Translations under genes and position numbers: made by a program
DNA from: Eledone cirrhosa
Taxonomy: Eukaryota
Length of the DNA: 64,000 nt
Assembly (NCBI GenBank): GCA_964016885.1
Contig: OZ024750.1
Location: 18,476,001 to 18,540,000 of the forward strand
Direction: 5' to 3'
The notes under the pieces: model-generated
What the model saw: only the letters and a program-made list of their open reading frames with translations
Databases searched by the model: none
What the model was told of the DNA's origin: nothing
Shown here: positions 15,101 through 46,277 of the stretch, piece after piece
How positions within the stretch are numbered: position 1 is the stretch's first letter
How the letters are laid out: every line of letters begins with the position of its first letter

Positions 15101-16114
15101 CTTTCTATGATTTTCAAATCATTTTGAAAATAATCAAGAATTTGAAGGGATTAAGTAATATAACTAATTTTCTAATTATTAAACTGATAAGTTTCTTACA
15201 TAAAATTATGATTTAAAGTTTTTAGATAAATATAAACACTTTAAAATATACAGTTTTGTATCATAGAATCAGGGGAGGTTTCAGGTTGTTTGGTATCAAA
15301 AAGACTAAAGAGATAAATTACAATTGTATGTTATCCAAGCATATTCACTCTCTTGTAAAGAAAAAGGCTAAATCAACTTTAATCTAGATTGATTTAGATG
15401 ATGATGTCTATCATCATCATTTTACATCCACATTCCACACTGGCATGAGTTGGATGGGTTGTCATGGTTTGAGATGAAACTGTTCAGAACCACCTTATTT
15501 TGCTCATACTTTCCATATTCAACATGGTTTCTTTAGCTAGTTGCACTTCCTATTTCTATTTTGTTCAACTGATCTTATTGGAATTATCTCCCTTGCTTAT
15601 TGTTTTTAACTTTTAATTACCTCCTTGAGAAAACACTTGTTTAGTAATTGCTTGGACAATCTCAATTGACAAACGTTTTTCCACTCACTATATTATACAT
15701 GTATGGCCCTACTGTATATATATTTAGTATACAGAATACTTATCATCCTCACCATTTAACATCCATTTTCTCTGTTAGCAAATCAGAGCCATTAATCTCT
15801 TAAATGGGTTGGGGGACTGCATCTTGCTTACATATGTTTCTGAACATACTTTGTGTTGATGGCATGCCAGTCTTGAGATTTATATTCTTCAATGTCCATT
15901 TCCCTTCCCTTACACTCCGTTATATTAACTTTGTATGCAGCATTAACCACACAGTGTTTCATGTATTTTGTGTTTGTAGATGGCATGTCAATCTCGAGAT
16001 TTGGATTCTTTGAGGTCTCTACAGGTAGAACTTTGGCCAATGTTATCATCAGAACAGAACCAACTTCTTCATCTCATCATTGAAGAATTGAACCAATTGA
16101 GCTTTAGTCTTTAG
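6156..16114 (+). CDS. F8A1: 40-kDa huntingtin-associated protein (HAP40 / factor VIII intron 22 protein), complete, 12 coding exons, 315 aa
   Basis: Exons 6156-6214, 6974-7020, 7662-7734, 8521-8680, 9491-9559, 9791-9853, 10618-10675, 12280-12342, 13457-13548, 14082-14163, 14966-15012 and 15980-16114 are all GT-AG with matching phases (948 nt). The product [35 protein letters not shown]...GAYSDILARCELTRVLLLMLLQP...EHAQTLEKYAW...DEDLFLLLQSVVMAC...LQVELWPMLSSEQNQLLHL is colinear with human HAP40. Confidence 0.95.
8014..8058 (-). ncRNA. Degenerate minimal type I hammerhead ribozyme motif (intronic, antisense to HAP40)
   Basis: The minus strand reads UGUCUU-CCGAUGA-ACAGC caacua GCUGU-GAAA-CAUG-UG-AAGACA. 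Stems I and II pair perfectly and stem III is the palindrome CAUG, but U4 is C and H17 is G, so it is probably inactive. Confidence 0.55.
8870..9066 (+). repeat. About 48-bp minisatellite (TTTACAGTGTGG..GTGCATTTTACCATGGCACCAGCACTACCAC) carried inside an abundant interspersed repeat
   Basis: About 4 tandem units. Related arrays are at 1310-1560(-), 5650-5900(+) and 59900-60100(-), usually next to the motif GGATGCCCTTCCTAACACCAACC. Confidence 0.7.
10793..11093 (-). mobile_element. Interspersed retroposon (SINE-like, (GAT)n tail); near-identical copy at 61011-61305 and a related copy at about 52190-52500
   Basis: CATCATCAACGTTTAACGTC..TTCCACGCTTGCATGGGTTTGGACGGGG...GGCAAGAGTGATTGTCTTGCTCGCATAGGACTGTCTGGCAGG is shared almost base for base between the copies. 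Confidence 0.75.
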
Positions 16115-16139
16115 TAATGGTGCTTCCAGTTGTTCATAA

Positions 16140-16400
16140 CAACTGGTCATATATGTAGGTGATATTGTGAACTGGACAATGGTGGTGGTGGTGGTGATGG
16201 TGGTAGTAACTGGTCATATATGTGGATTATATAGTGGACAGGACATTAGTGTTGTTGATAGCAACTGGTCATATCTGTGGACTATATAGTGAAGTGGACA
16301 CTGGTGTTGTTGTTAACAACTGGTCATATCTGTGGACTGGACATTGGTGTTGATGGATTGCAACTGGTCATATCTGTGGACTATATAGTGAAGTGGACAG
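16140..16400 (+). repeat. Tandem repeat with a unit of about 60 bp (AACTGGTCATATCTGTGGACTATATAGTGAAGTGGACA..), about 5 copies, in the HAP40 3' region
   Basis: AACTGGTCATAT recurs at about 16141, 16208, 16264, 16318 and 16362. Confidence 0.75.
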
Positions 16401-16439
16401 TGATGTCATTGATGTAACCTGCTAATGTTAGGAGACGTA

Positions 16440-17415
16440 TTAACAACAACAACAGTAGTAGCAGCAGTAACAAGCTTTCTAGTAGCTACTATAAACAACA
16501 ACAGAAGTAAAGATGACATTAGCATTAATAACAATAGCATCATCATCAACAACAACAAAATCACCAACAAAACAAAAAAATCAGCATCAACGCCAGTAAC
16601 AGCAATGGCACCACCACCATCATCAACTGCAGTAATAGTAACAACAGCAGCTGCAGTAACTAACAACAGTAGTAACAACAAAACCTACAGTAACAACAAC
16701 AGCAGTAACAGTAACAACAATAACAGCTGCAGTAACAGTAATAACAACGACGACAACAGTAACAACAACAACAACGACAGCTGCAGTAACATCATCGGCT
16801 GTAGTAACACCAGCAGTAACAACAACAACAGTTGCAGTAACAACATCAGCTGTAATAACGGTAACAACAACAGCAGTAATATCAACAACATCAGCTGTAG
16901 TAACAACAACAACAGCTGTAACATCAGCTGTAGTAACAACAACAGCAGTAATATCAACAACATCAGCTGTAGTAACAACAACAACAGCTGTAACAACATC
17001 AGCTGTAGTAACAACAACAACAACAGCTGTAACAACAGCAGCAGCAGCAGCTGTAGTAACAATATCAGCAACAGTAACAACATCAGCTGTAGTAACAACA
17101 ACAACAACAGCAGCAGCAACATCAGCTGTAGTAACAACAACAACAGCAACAGTAACAACATCAGCTGTAGTAACAACAGCAACAGTAACAACATCAGCTG
17201 TAGTAACAACAACAACAGCAACAGTAACAACATCAGCTGTAGTAACAACAACAACAGCAGCAGCAACATCAGCTGTAGTAACAACAACAACAGCAACAGT
17301 AACAACATCAGCTGTAGTAACAACAACAGCAACACTAACAACATCAGCAGCTGTAGTAACAACAACAACAACAACACTGACAACAGCCGAAGTAACAACA
17401 ACAGCAACAACAATT
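16440..17415 (+). repeat. (AAC/AGC)n compound microsatellite with higher-order unit AACATCAGCTGTAGTAACAAC
   Basis: Direct inspection. It accounts for the poly-Asn and poly-Leu ORFs. Confidence 0.9.
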
Positions 17416-17489
17416 ATAATATTATGGAATCAATAATTTTGAAACAAATGTTATTTCTGGGTGGGGATTTCCTTTTAATTCAATTGTCA

Positions 17490-18760
17490 GATTACAGTGG
17501 CACAATGGCACAATGGCACACTTTCAGTGTATAAGTGTTATAATGGCACATTGTCTTTGTAGCACAATATCACGTTGTTTCAGTGGCACGGTGACACAAC
17601 GACACAGTTTCATTATGGCACAGTGGCACAATATTTCAGTGTATAAGTGGACCAATGTCTAAACTACAGTTTCTAAGTGGCACAGTGACATATGGTTTCT
17701 GTGTCACAGTTGTGAAGTGTCTTAGAGGCACAATTACATAATGTCTTAATGGCACAGTGGAGGAATGTTAGAGTGGCACAATGACACAGTAAAACAATAC
17801 CAGTCTATAAATGGACCAATATCAGTAACATAGATTCTGTGTGACGCTGTGGTACATTGTGTGTGTCACAGTGGTGGGTGGAGTCACTACTAAAATATCT
17901 CTGTGACTCATTGGCACCTTCCAGTGGTGCAGTATCCTCATGATACAATATGTGTCACAATGGCACATTTTCTAACATATCTATTTGACAGTGTCTATGT
18001 AAAACTGTATGAGACACAATATGTTACAGTGTCTATGTAAACTGTATGTTACACAATAAATATGTGATACAGTGTATGTGTAAAACAATGTATATGTGAT
18101 ACAGCATGTGGCACAGTATGTATGTGATATGTTTGTGACACAGTATGTATGAGATACAATGTTTGTGATAGTATATATGAGATACAATATGTTTGTGACA
18201 CAGTATGCATGTGATACATCTTTGTGACACAGTAAATATGTGATACAATATGTTTGTGACACAGTAGATATGGGATTCAATATTTTTGTGACTATGTATG
18301 TGATACAATGTCTGTGTGACACTGTCCATGTAACACAGTGTCTAAGTAACACAATATTTATGTGATACAGTGATTATATGTATGGGTATTTTGTCTATGT
18401 AACACAATATGTGACATGACATTTCACTCAGTGTAACATGATTTTCAAACCCTTTTCTAAACATTGTGTTGTGACTTTAGACAAAACTCTTTTCTCTAAA
18501 CATGTACATCCCACCCTGGGTAGATTCCACCCTGGGTGTACATCTCACACTGAGTGAACATCCCACCCTGGGTAATTTTTACTCAAGAGTACATCTCACC
18601 TTGGGTATATTTTACTATTTCACCCTAGGGGTACATTCCATCTAAGATATATTTCACTCACTGGATGAACATTCCATACGGGGTAAGGGCCACTCAGCTT
18701 ACATCTTACTCAGTATGTACCCTATTCAGGGTACAGACCACCTAGGTGTACACCCTATTC
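17490..18760 (+). repeat. Degenerate short-period satellites (TGACACAG/TGATACAAT-type, then CACCCTGGGT-type)
   Basis: Recurrent GTGACACAGTATGT and GGCACA motifs at 17490-18420, and CATCCCACCCTGGGTA motifs at 18500-18760. Confidence 0.65.
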
Positions 18761-18969
18761 AATGTATCCAATACAATTTATTCAGTTGAAATAACAATAA
18801 ATGTGATAACCTTTTTTTTTGTGTTTATCTTGTTTCTCACTCTCTCTCTCTCTCTCTCTCTCTTTCTCCATTGTACTGTATTGTTTGCTTTCTTGTTTTC
18901 TGTTTACTTTTTGCATATATATATATATATCATCATCAGCAACAGCAGCAATATCCTCTAATATTAATA

Positions 18970-19925
18970 ATAATTGTTTCTACTTTTGGCACAAGGCCAG
19001 CAATTATCCCAGTGTATTACTGGTACTTTATTTTATCGACCCTGTAAGGATGAAAGGCAAAGTTAACCTCGGCGGGATTTGAACTCAGGCCGTAAAGGGC
19101 CGTAACTCGTTGCCGCAAAGTATGGCGTCCGACCCCCTACCGATACTGCCAATCCACCTAGTTATTGTTGCTACATTTGGCACAAGATCAACAATTACCC
19201 CATTGCATGACTGGTGCTTTATCCTATCGGCTCTGTAAGGATGAAAAGCAAAGTTAACCTCGGCAGGATTTGAACTCAAATCATAAAGGGGCGTAACTCT
19301 ATGCTGCAAAGTATGGCGTCTGACCCTCTACCGATACTGCCAATCCAATAGCCATTTATTGTTTAATAAGAATAATAATAATAATAATGTTTCTACTTTT
19401 TACACCAGGCCAGCAATTACCCAGTGCATTACTGGTACTTTATTTTATCGACCCCGTAATAATAATAATAATAATGGTTTCTTATATGGACACAAGGTCA
19501 GCAATTTTGGAAGAGGGGAAAGTCGATTAAATCGACCCCAGTGCATGACTGGTACTTTATTTCATCGACACCGTAAGGATGAAAGGCAAAGCTAACCTGG
19601 ACGGGATTTGAACTCAGACCGTAAAGAGACATAACTCTATGCTGCGAAGCATGTCTGACGCTCTACCTATACTGCCAATCCAAATAATAATAATTGTTTC
19701 TACTTTTGGCACAAGGCCAGCAATTACCTAGTACATTACTGGTACTAATAATTGTTTCTACTTTTGGCACAAAGCCAGCAATTAACCAGTACATTACTGG
19801 TACTTTATTTTATCGACCCCGTAAGGATGAAAGGCAAAGTTAACCTATGCGGGATTTGAACTAAGAACGTAATGGGCCACAACTCTATGCTGCAAAGCAT
19901 GGTGTCTGACGGTCTACCGATTCTG
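18970..19925 (-). mobile_element. Cluster of at least 6 co-oriented full and truncated copies of the tRNA/Nin-like SINE
   Basis: Repeated ATAATTGTTTCTACTTTTGGCACAAGGCCAGCAATTACCCAG...GGATGAAAGGCAAAGTTAACC blocks separated by (AAT)n. Confidence 0.8.
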
Positions 19926-20299
19926 ATGATAATAGTAGTAGTAGTAGTAGTAGTAGTAGTTAGGCCACCAAGACCGACTGAACGTTGGCTACAAGCCAAC
20001 GAATGAGCCATTATGTAGTCGATCTAACTGCTAGAAATAGCAGCGAAACATCCCTTAAATTCCACCTTATTGTCTTGGGAAAAGGAAACAATACGTTGGG
20101 TTAATGTAATCATAGATATACTTAAAGAGTTGGTATAGTCACGATTGGAATGTTTTTGATCATTGGTCTGTAGTTGAAATCAAGGCCGACCTAGGGTTAA
20201 ACAACAACATCCTGTTAACAGTTTGTGCCAACATGAAAACCCCAAAAAATGTTCAGCTATAGTTCATTCACCTCCATTGCTGGAATATTACCAAATATT

Positions 20300-20850
20300 G
20301 CAACCATCGCCACCATCACTATCTCTATCACCATCAGCAACACAACACTCATCATCACCATTATCTGTCATCATCGCTTTCATTATCATCATTGCCATCA
20401 TCACCATCACTGCCATCCCCAACACTACCATCTTCACTACCACCTTCGCCACCATCACGATTATCACTATCAACAGCCCCCCGCCATCACCACCATCTTT
20501 ACCATCACTGCCATCCCCAACACTACCATCTTCACTACCACCTTCGCCACCATCACGATTATCACTATCAACAGTCCCCCGCCATCACCACCATCTTCAC
20601 CATCACCACAATTATCACTATCAACACCCCCTCTCCAACAGCCCCCCCCCCCCCCCCCCGCCATCATCACCATCACTATCATCATCGCCTAAACGTTCAC
20701 CGTCACCATTAATATCAACGTCAGATCCATTACCACCAACTCCACCACCACTACCACCATCACCAACTCCACCACCACCATCACCACCAACTCCACCACC
20801 ACCATCACCATCATCACCATCTCCCACCATCACCACCACCACTATATCAC
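20300..20850 (+). repeat. (ACC/ATC)n low-complexity tract with an internal direct duplication of about 110 bp
   Basis: CCATCACTGCCATCCCCAACACTACCATCTTCACTACCACCTTCGCCACCATCACGATTATCACTATCAACAG occurs twice, at about 20404 and 20502. Confidence 0.75.
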
Positions 20851-20998
20851 GTATCATTTCACAGCGAACTTCAAAGTTAACGACAACCTCCTTGCACACT
20901 TCATTTTTTAGTTCTCCTTTTCTAGAACCTTCTCAATCTCCAGGTGACCACTGTAAATGGGGCTGCCCAGACACCTACATACCAACCCAGCCTATTCC

Positions 20999-21034
<36 letters not shown>

Positions 21035-21256
21035 AATTAAGTTAAAAATGTACATCTACATATGCATACTGAAATACTAGTGTGTATATGAATACACACA
21101 CGTATACATATGTAGGTGTACCAAGTCTTTCACTGGTCGCTTTGCAGTGAGCGGCCAGCTATTCTGTATGTAAACACACAGACAAACCGGTTTTTAGAGT
21201 TATACTGGTTTTTCGGGGGAACACCTTCCCCCTATTCTCCTGAAAGCCAGACAAGG

Positions 21257-21301
21257 AATATTGAACTAGTTTCGTTGTTGTTACAACTCATCAGCAATAT
21301 T
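21257..21301 (-). ncRNA. Minimal type I hammerhead ribozyme, minus-strand copy in the left arm
   Basis: Exact reverse complement of 21414-21458. Predicted cleavage is at about 21264 on the minus strand. Confidence 0.85.
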
Positions 21302-21413
21302 TACCTATCTACCGGCCTTTCTGGAAATTAGTCTGCCCACTACTAATTTTCATAGAAAAAGCATATAACGATATGTGCTTTTACAATTCTCCAGAAAGGC
21401 CGGTAGATAGGTA

Positions 21414-21458
21414 AATATTGCTGATGAGTTGTAACAACAACGAAACTAGTTCAATATT
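21414..21458 (+). ncRNA. Minimal type I hammerhead ribozyme, intact core
   Basis: AAUAUUG (stem I) - CUGAUGA - GUUGU aaca ACAAC (stem II) - GAAA - CUAG (palindromic stem III) - UU^ - CAAUAUU (stem I'). Predicted cleavage is after 21451. Confidence 0.85.
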
Positions 21459-21768
21459 CCTTGTCTGGCTTTCTGGAGAATAGGGGGAAGGTGTTCCCCC
21501 GAAAAACCAGTATGACTCTAAAAACCGGTTTGTCTGTGTGTTTACATACAGAATAGCTGGCCGCTCACTGCAAAGCGACCAGTGAAAGACTTGGTACACC
21601 TACATATGTATACGTGTGTGTATTCATATACACACTAGTATTTCAGTATGCATATGTAGATGTACATTTTTAACTTAATTGTTTAAGCGTCAGTCATACA
21701 AAAGTGAGTTACAAACGAAACGAAATTTAATTTCGTTTCGTTATTTGTTTTTATATATATATATATAA

Positions 21769-22025
21769 GGGTAAAGACCCCCTTCGGTCACGAATAACCA
21801 TGGGATTTACACCTAGAAAGTTTCCCGCCGAGGCACAAGTCCGGGCATACCAGTCTCCCCTCTCCACACCACCGATGTTGCCCGAGAGAAAGTCAAAGGC
21901 TGATACAGCTTGGCATCAGTGACGTCACAACTCATTTCTACAGCTGAGTGAACTGGAGCAGTGTAAAATAAAGTGTCTTGCTCAAGAACACAACGCAAAG
22001 CTCAGTCCGAGAATCGAACTCCCAA
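21769..22025 (-). mobile_element. Second tRNA-derived SINE family (core GTGTCCTTGAGCAAGACACTTTATTT..TGCTCCAGTTCACTCAGCTG)
   Basis: B-box GAGTTCGATTC on the minus strand. Other copies are at about 14560-14830(-), 32170-32300(+), 32420-32600(+) and 33155-33272(+, with A and B boxes). Confidence 0.75.
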
Positions 22026-22419
22026 CCAGTACCAGAACCGGCTAAAGGTACCGTCAAATCGGACCGTCGTTCTGGACACCCCGTGATAAAAGCAAGACTG
22101 GCGTTACTATGAAGGCTACAAAACAGTTTATGAAATAGGGTAAAGATCCTATAAATTTCTAAACATCTTTGCCGTGTAGCAACGTTGTGGGTATATCCAA
22201 AATGGCGAAAAGGTTAGTATGGTGCTATGACCTGTCACGTGATTTGACATGGGTGCATGTGGACTATGTAGTAGAAAATGCATTCTTAGTATTTTTCTTA
22301 GTGTGGTTAGAGCAAGTAGAATAAAAAAAAAACTAGGTACGCCAAATTGTAAGTTGAAATTATTTTATTTGGGAGAAGAGAACACACATATTAGGGATTG
22401 CTTAGAGGCATGAAATACC

Positions 22420-23017
22420 CAGGCACACACTGGAGAGCTAGTCTAGAGCGCTACATACTCAAGCATACATTATAGAGCTAGCCTAGGGCGCTAAATAGCC
22501 AGGCATATATAGAACTAGCCTAAGGGGATAGATACTTAGACACACATTGTAGAGTTAGCCTAGGGCACTAAATACTTAGACCCATATTGTAGAGTTAGCC
22601 TAGGGCACTAAATACTTAGACACACATTGTAGAGTTAGCCTAGGGCACTAAATACTTAGACCCATATTGTAGAGTTAGCCTAAGGCGCTAGATACTTAAA
22701 CACACATTGTAGAGTTAGCCTAGGGCACTAAATACTTAGACCCATATTGTAGAGTTAGCCTAAGGCGCTAGATACTTAGACCCATATTGTAGAGTTAGCC
22801 TAAGGCGCTAGATACTTAGACACACATTGTAGAGTTAGCCTAGGGCACTAAATACTTAGACACACATTGTAGAGTTAGCCTAGGGTGGTAAATACTTAGA
22901 CACACATTGTAGAGTTAGCCTAGGGCACTAAATACTTAGACACACATTGTAGAGTTAGCCTAGGGCACTAAATACTTAGGCACACATTGTAGAGTTAGCC
23001 TAGGGTGCTAAATACTC
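22420..23017 (+). repeat. 40-bp minisatellite (CACACATTGTAGAGTTAGCCTAGGGCACTAAATACTTAGA), about 12 near-identical units plus degenerate 5' units
   Basis: Strict 40-bp period across 22540-23017. Confidence 0.92.
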
Positions 23018-23437
23018 ATTCGCTGGCTCTGCATACGAGATTTGACGTGTCATATGATACAACGTGATAGAGGACTACGTGCTAGAGGACACCTCGTGAC
23101 GTTTGGGATCTTCCAAATACAAAGTGTAAAATGCGAAAATTTATTGAGATTCGTTACATCTAAAGATCAAAAGACCCTTTCCACCTGGACTCCCTCTCAC
23201 TCACCCACACGTTTGTAATAAAAATGTGTTGTGGTTGTTGTCAATCCTATAGATACAGTCTCTCTTTCTTTCTCACTCCCTTCTCTCTCTAGTGGGTGAT
23301 TGAAATCTTCAAATATTAACTCAGTACATGTGAGTAGACTGAAACATTTTTTTCTGTAGAAAAAAGTAGCAACACTATCATCTGGTCCTTGGGAGACTTT
23401 AGCGGGGTCCACCCTGTTGCCAGTATTTGGGGGCTAC

Positions 23438-23633
23438 AGACCTGCCAACCTCTAAAAACCCAAACGGGGAGTACCATGAAAAAAAGTACCCCGAAACGGG
23501 GAAAAATGAGACAAAATGGGGAGATTTTACATAATGAAAGCTATACCCATTTTCACAAGAGAAGACATATCTGACCCACCCCAATGTGGGTGGGAGATCT
23601 CTCCGTCGAACGGGGAGAGTTGACAAGTAGTCT
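23438..23633 (+). mobile_element. Non-autonomous DNA transposon (MITE, termini CAGACCTGCCAAC...GTTGACA.GT..TCTG, hAT-like); other copies at 23788-24272(-, split by SINEs) and 25943-26136(-)
   Basis: Three copies of about 195 bp within 3 kb, with short terminal inverted repeats. Confidence 0.7.
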
Positions 23634-24298
23634 GGGGCCAGGTTTCATTGGACTTGTTGATTAGGAACCCAACGTCATTTATATGGATGTTCTCTCCACT
23701 AAAGTAAAGTACATGCCCCTCCTCAATCTGAATTTCCCTCGACTTTTCTATATAGGTGTTAGAGCTAGACTCTTACAGCCGACATGCAGACCTGTCAACT
23801 CTCCCCGTCCGACGGGGAGATCTCCCATCTACTTTGGGGGTGGGTGAGAGATGTCTTCTCTTGTGAAAATGGGATTAGCTTTCATTATGTTCAAGGGCGG
23901 TGGATTGGCAGTATCGGTAGAGGGTCGGACGCCATGCTTTGCAGCAAAGAGTTACGGCCCTTTATGGTCTGAGTTCAAATCTCGCCGAGGTTAACTTTGC
24001 CTTTCATCCTTACGGGGTCGATAAAATAAAGTACCAGTAATACACTGGGATAGTTGCTGGCTTTGTGCCAAAGGTAGAAACAATTATGTTCAAATCCCGC
24101 CGAGGTTAACTTTGCCTTTCATCCTTACGGGGTCGATAAAATAAAGTACCAGTAATGTACTGGTAATTGCTGGCCTTGTGCCTAAAATAGAAACAATTAT
24201 GTAAAATCTCCTCATTTTGCCTAATTTCTCCCCGTTTTGGGGCACTTTGTTCATGGTACTCCCCGTTTGGGTTATATACATATATATATATATATATA

Positions 24299-24480
24299 TC
24301 AGAAATGAGGCGGTAAAAACCAGTTACACCATTACTCACCAGGGTACTCGATACTTGGGGTAGTAGAGTGGGTAATATGAAAAATTCGGGACCCCAACGG
24401 CTGAGCTCCGGGCGTTTTAACAGCTAGATCTAGCTGTTGAAACGGCCGGAGATCAGCCGTCGGGGTCCCGTATTTTTCAC
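24299..24480 (+). mobile_element. Microsatellite-flanked element ending in a 102-bp imperfect palindrome (24378-24479); deleted copy at about 49716-49828(-)
   Basis: The palindrome is centred on AGATCT with 5 mismatches and no indels. The left end TCAGAA..GGTAAAAACCAGTTA is shared with the second copy. Both sides abut (TA)n or (CA)n. Confidence 0.7.
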
Positions 24481-24486
24481 ACACAT

Positions 24487-24567
<81 letters not shown>

Positions 24568-24889
24568 CACTGTTTTGTTTGTATAATTCCAACTTTAACT
24601 TTTGCTATACACTTCCTGTGACAATATTCGACCCAGTCACCCGTTGCTTTCAATTAAAACGACAATGCCATATTGAATTAGATTACAAAATGATGCTGTT
24701 GAAATACAGACAACAACAAAAACTGATACAACGGGGTATCTCCCACAAATATGCAAATAACTCTGAATGATTGCTATTTAACATAAGTGGTTAAGTTTTT
24801 TCGATTACTTCTCACTTTTTTCATTTGTTGTGTTAATTCTTCGGCGCTGGTCGTGTTATTGGTTTAGTGGAAATAGAAAGCCAGACACC

Positions 24890-46277
<21,388 letters not shown>

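Larger units (their letters stand above)
21030..21685. repeat. Long near-perfect inverted repeat (296-bp arms, 64-nt spacer) lying between (TA)n tracts and containing hammerhead ribozymes on both strands
   Basis: Arm 21030-21325 is the reverse complement of 21390-21685 with only 2 visible mismatches. The ORF track shows almost the same peptide on both strands. Confidence 0.95.

Noticed and set aside
16425-17534. 369-aa Asn/Ser/Cys-rich ORF and antisense poly-Leu ORF
   Set aside because: These are translations of an (AAC)n compound microsatellite downstream of the HAP40 stop, with no splice or domain support.
20223-21002. 259-aa Pro/His-rich extensin-like ORF
   Set aside because: An (ACC/ATC)n low-complexity tract is open in several frames on both strands, and the ORF starts at a non-ATG codon.
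21116-21599. Twin 71/72-aa ORFs on opposite strands
   Set aside because: They are a by-product of the inverted repeat, start at GTG and show no recognisable domain.
22420-23017. Possible CRISPR array (also considered for 31741-31928 and 63179-63985)
   Set aside because: Units are contiguous with no unique spacers, there are no cas genes, and the context is eukaryotic. These are ordinary minisatellites.
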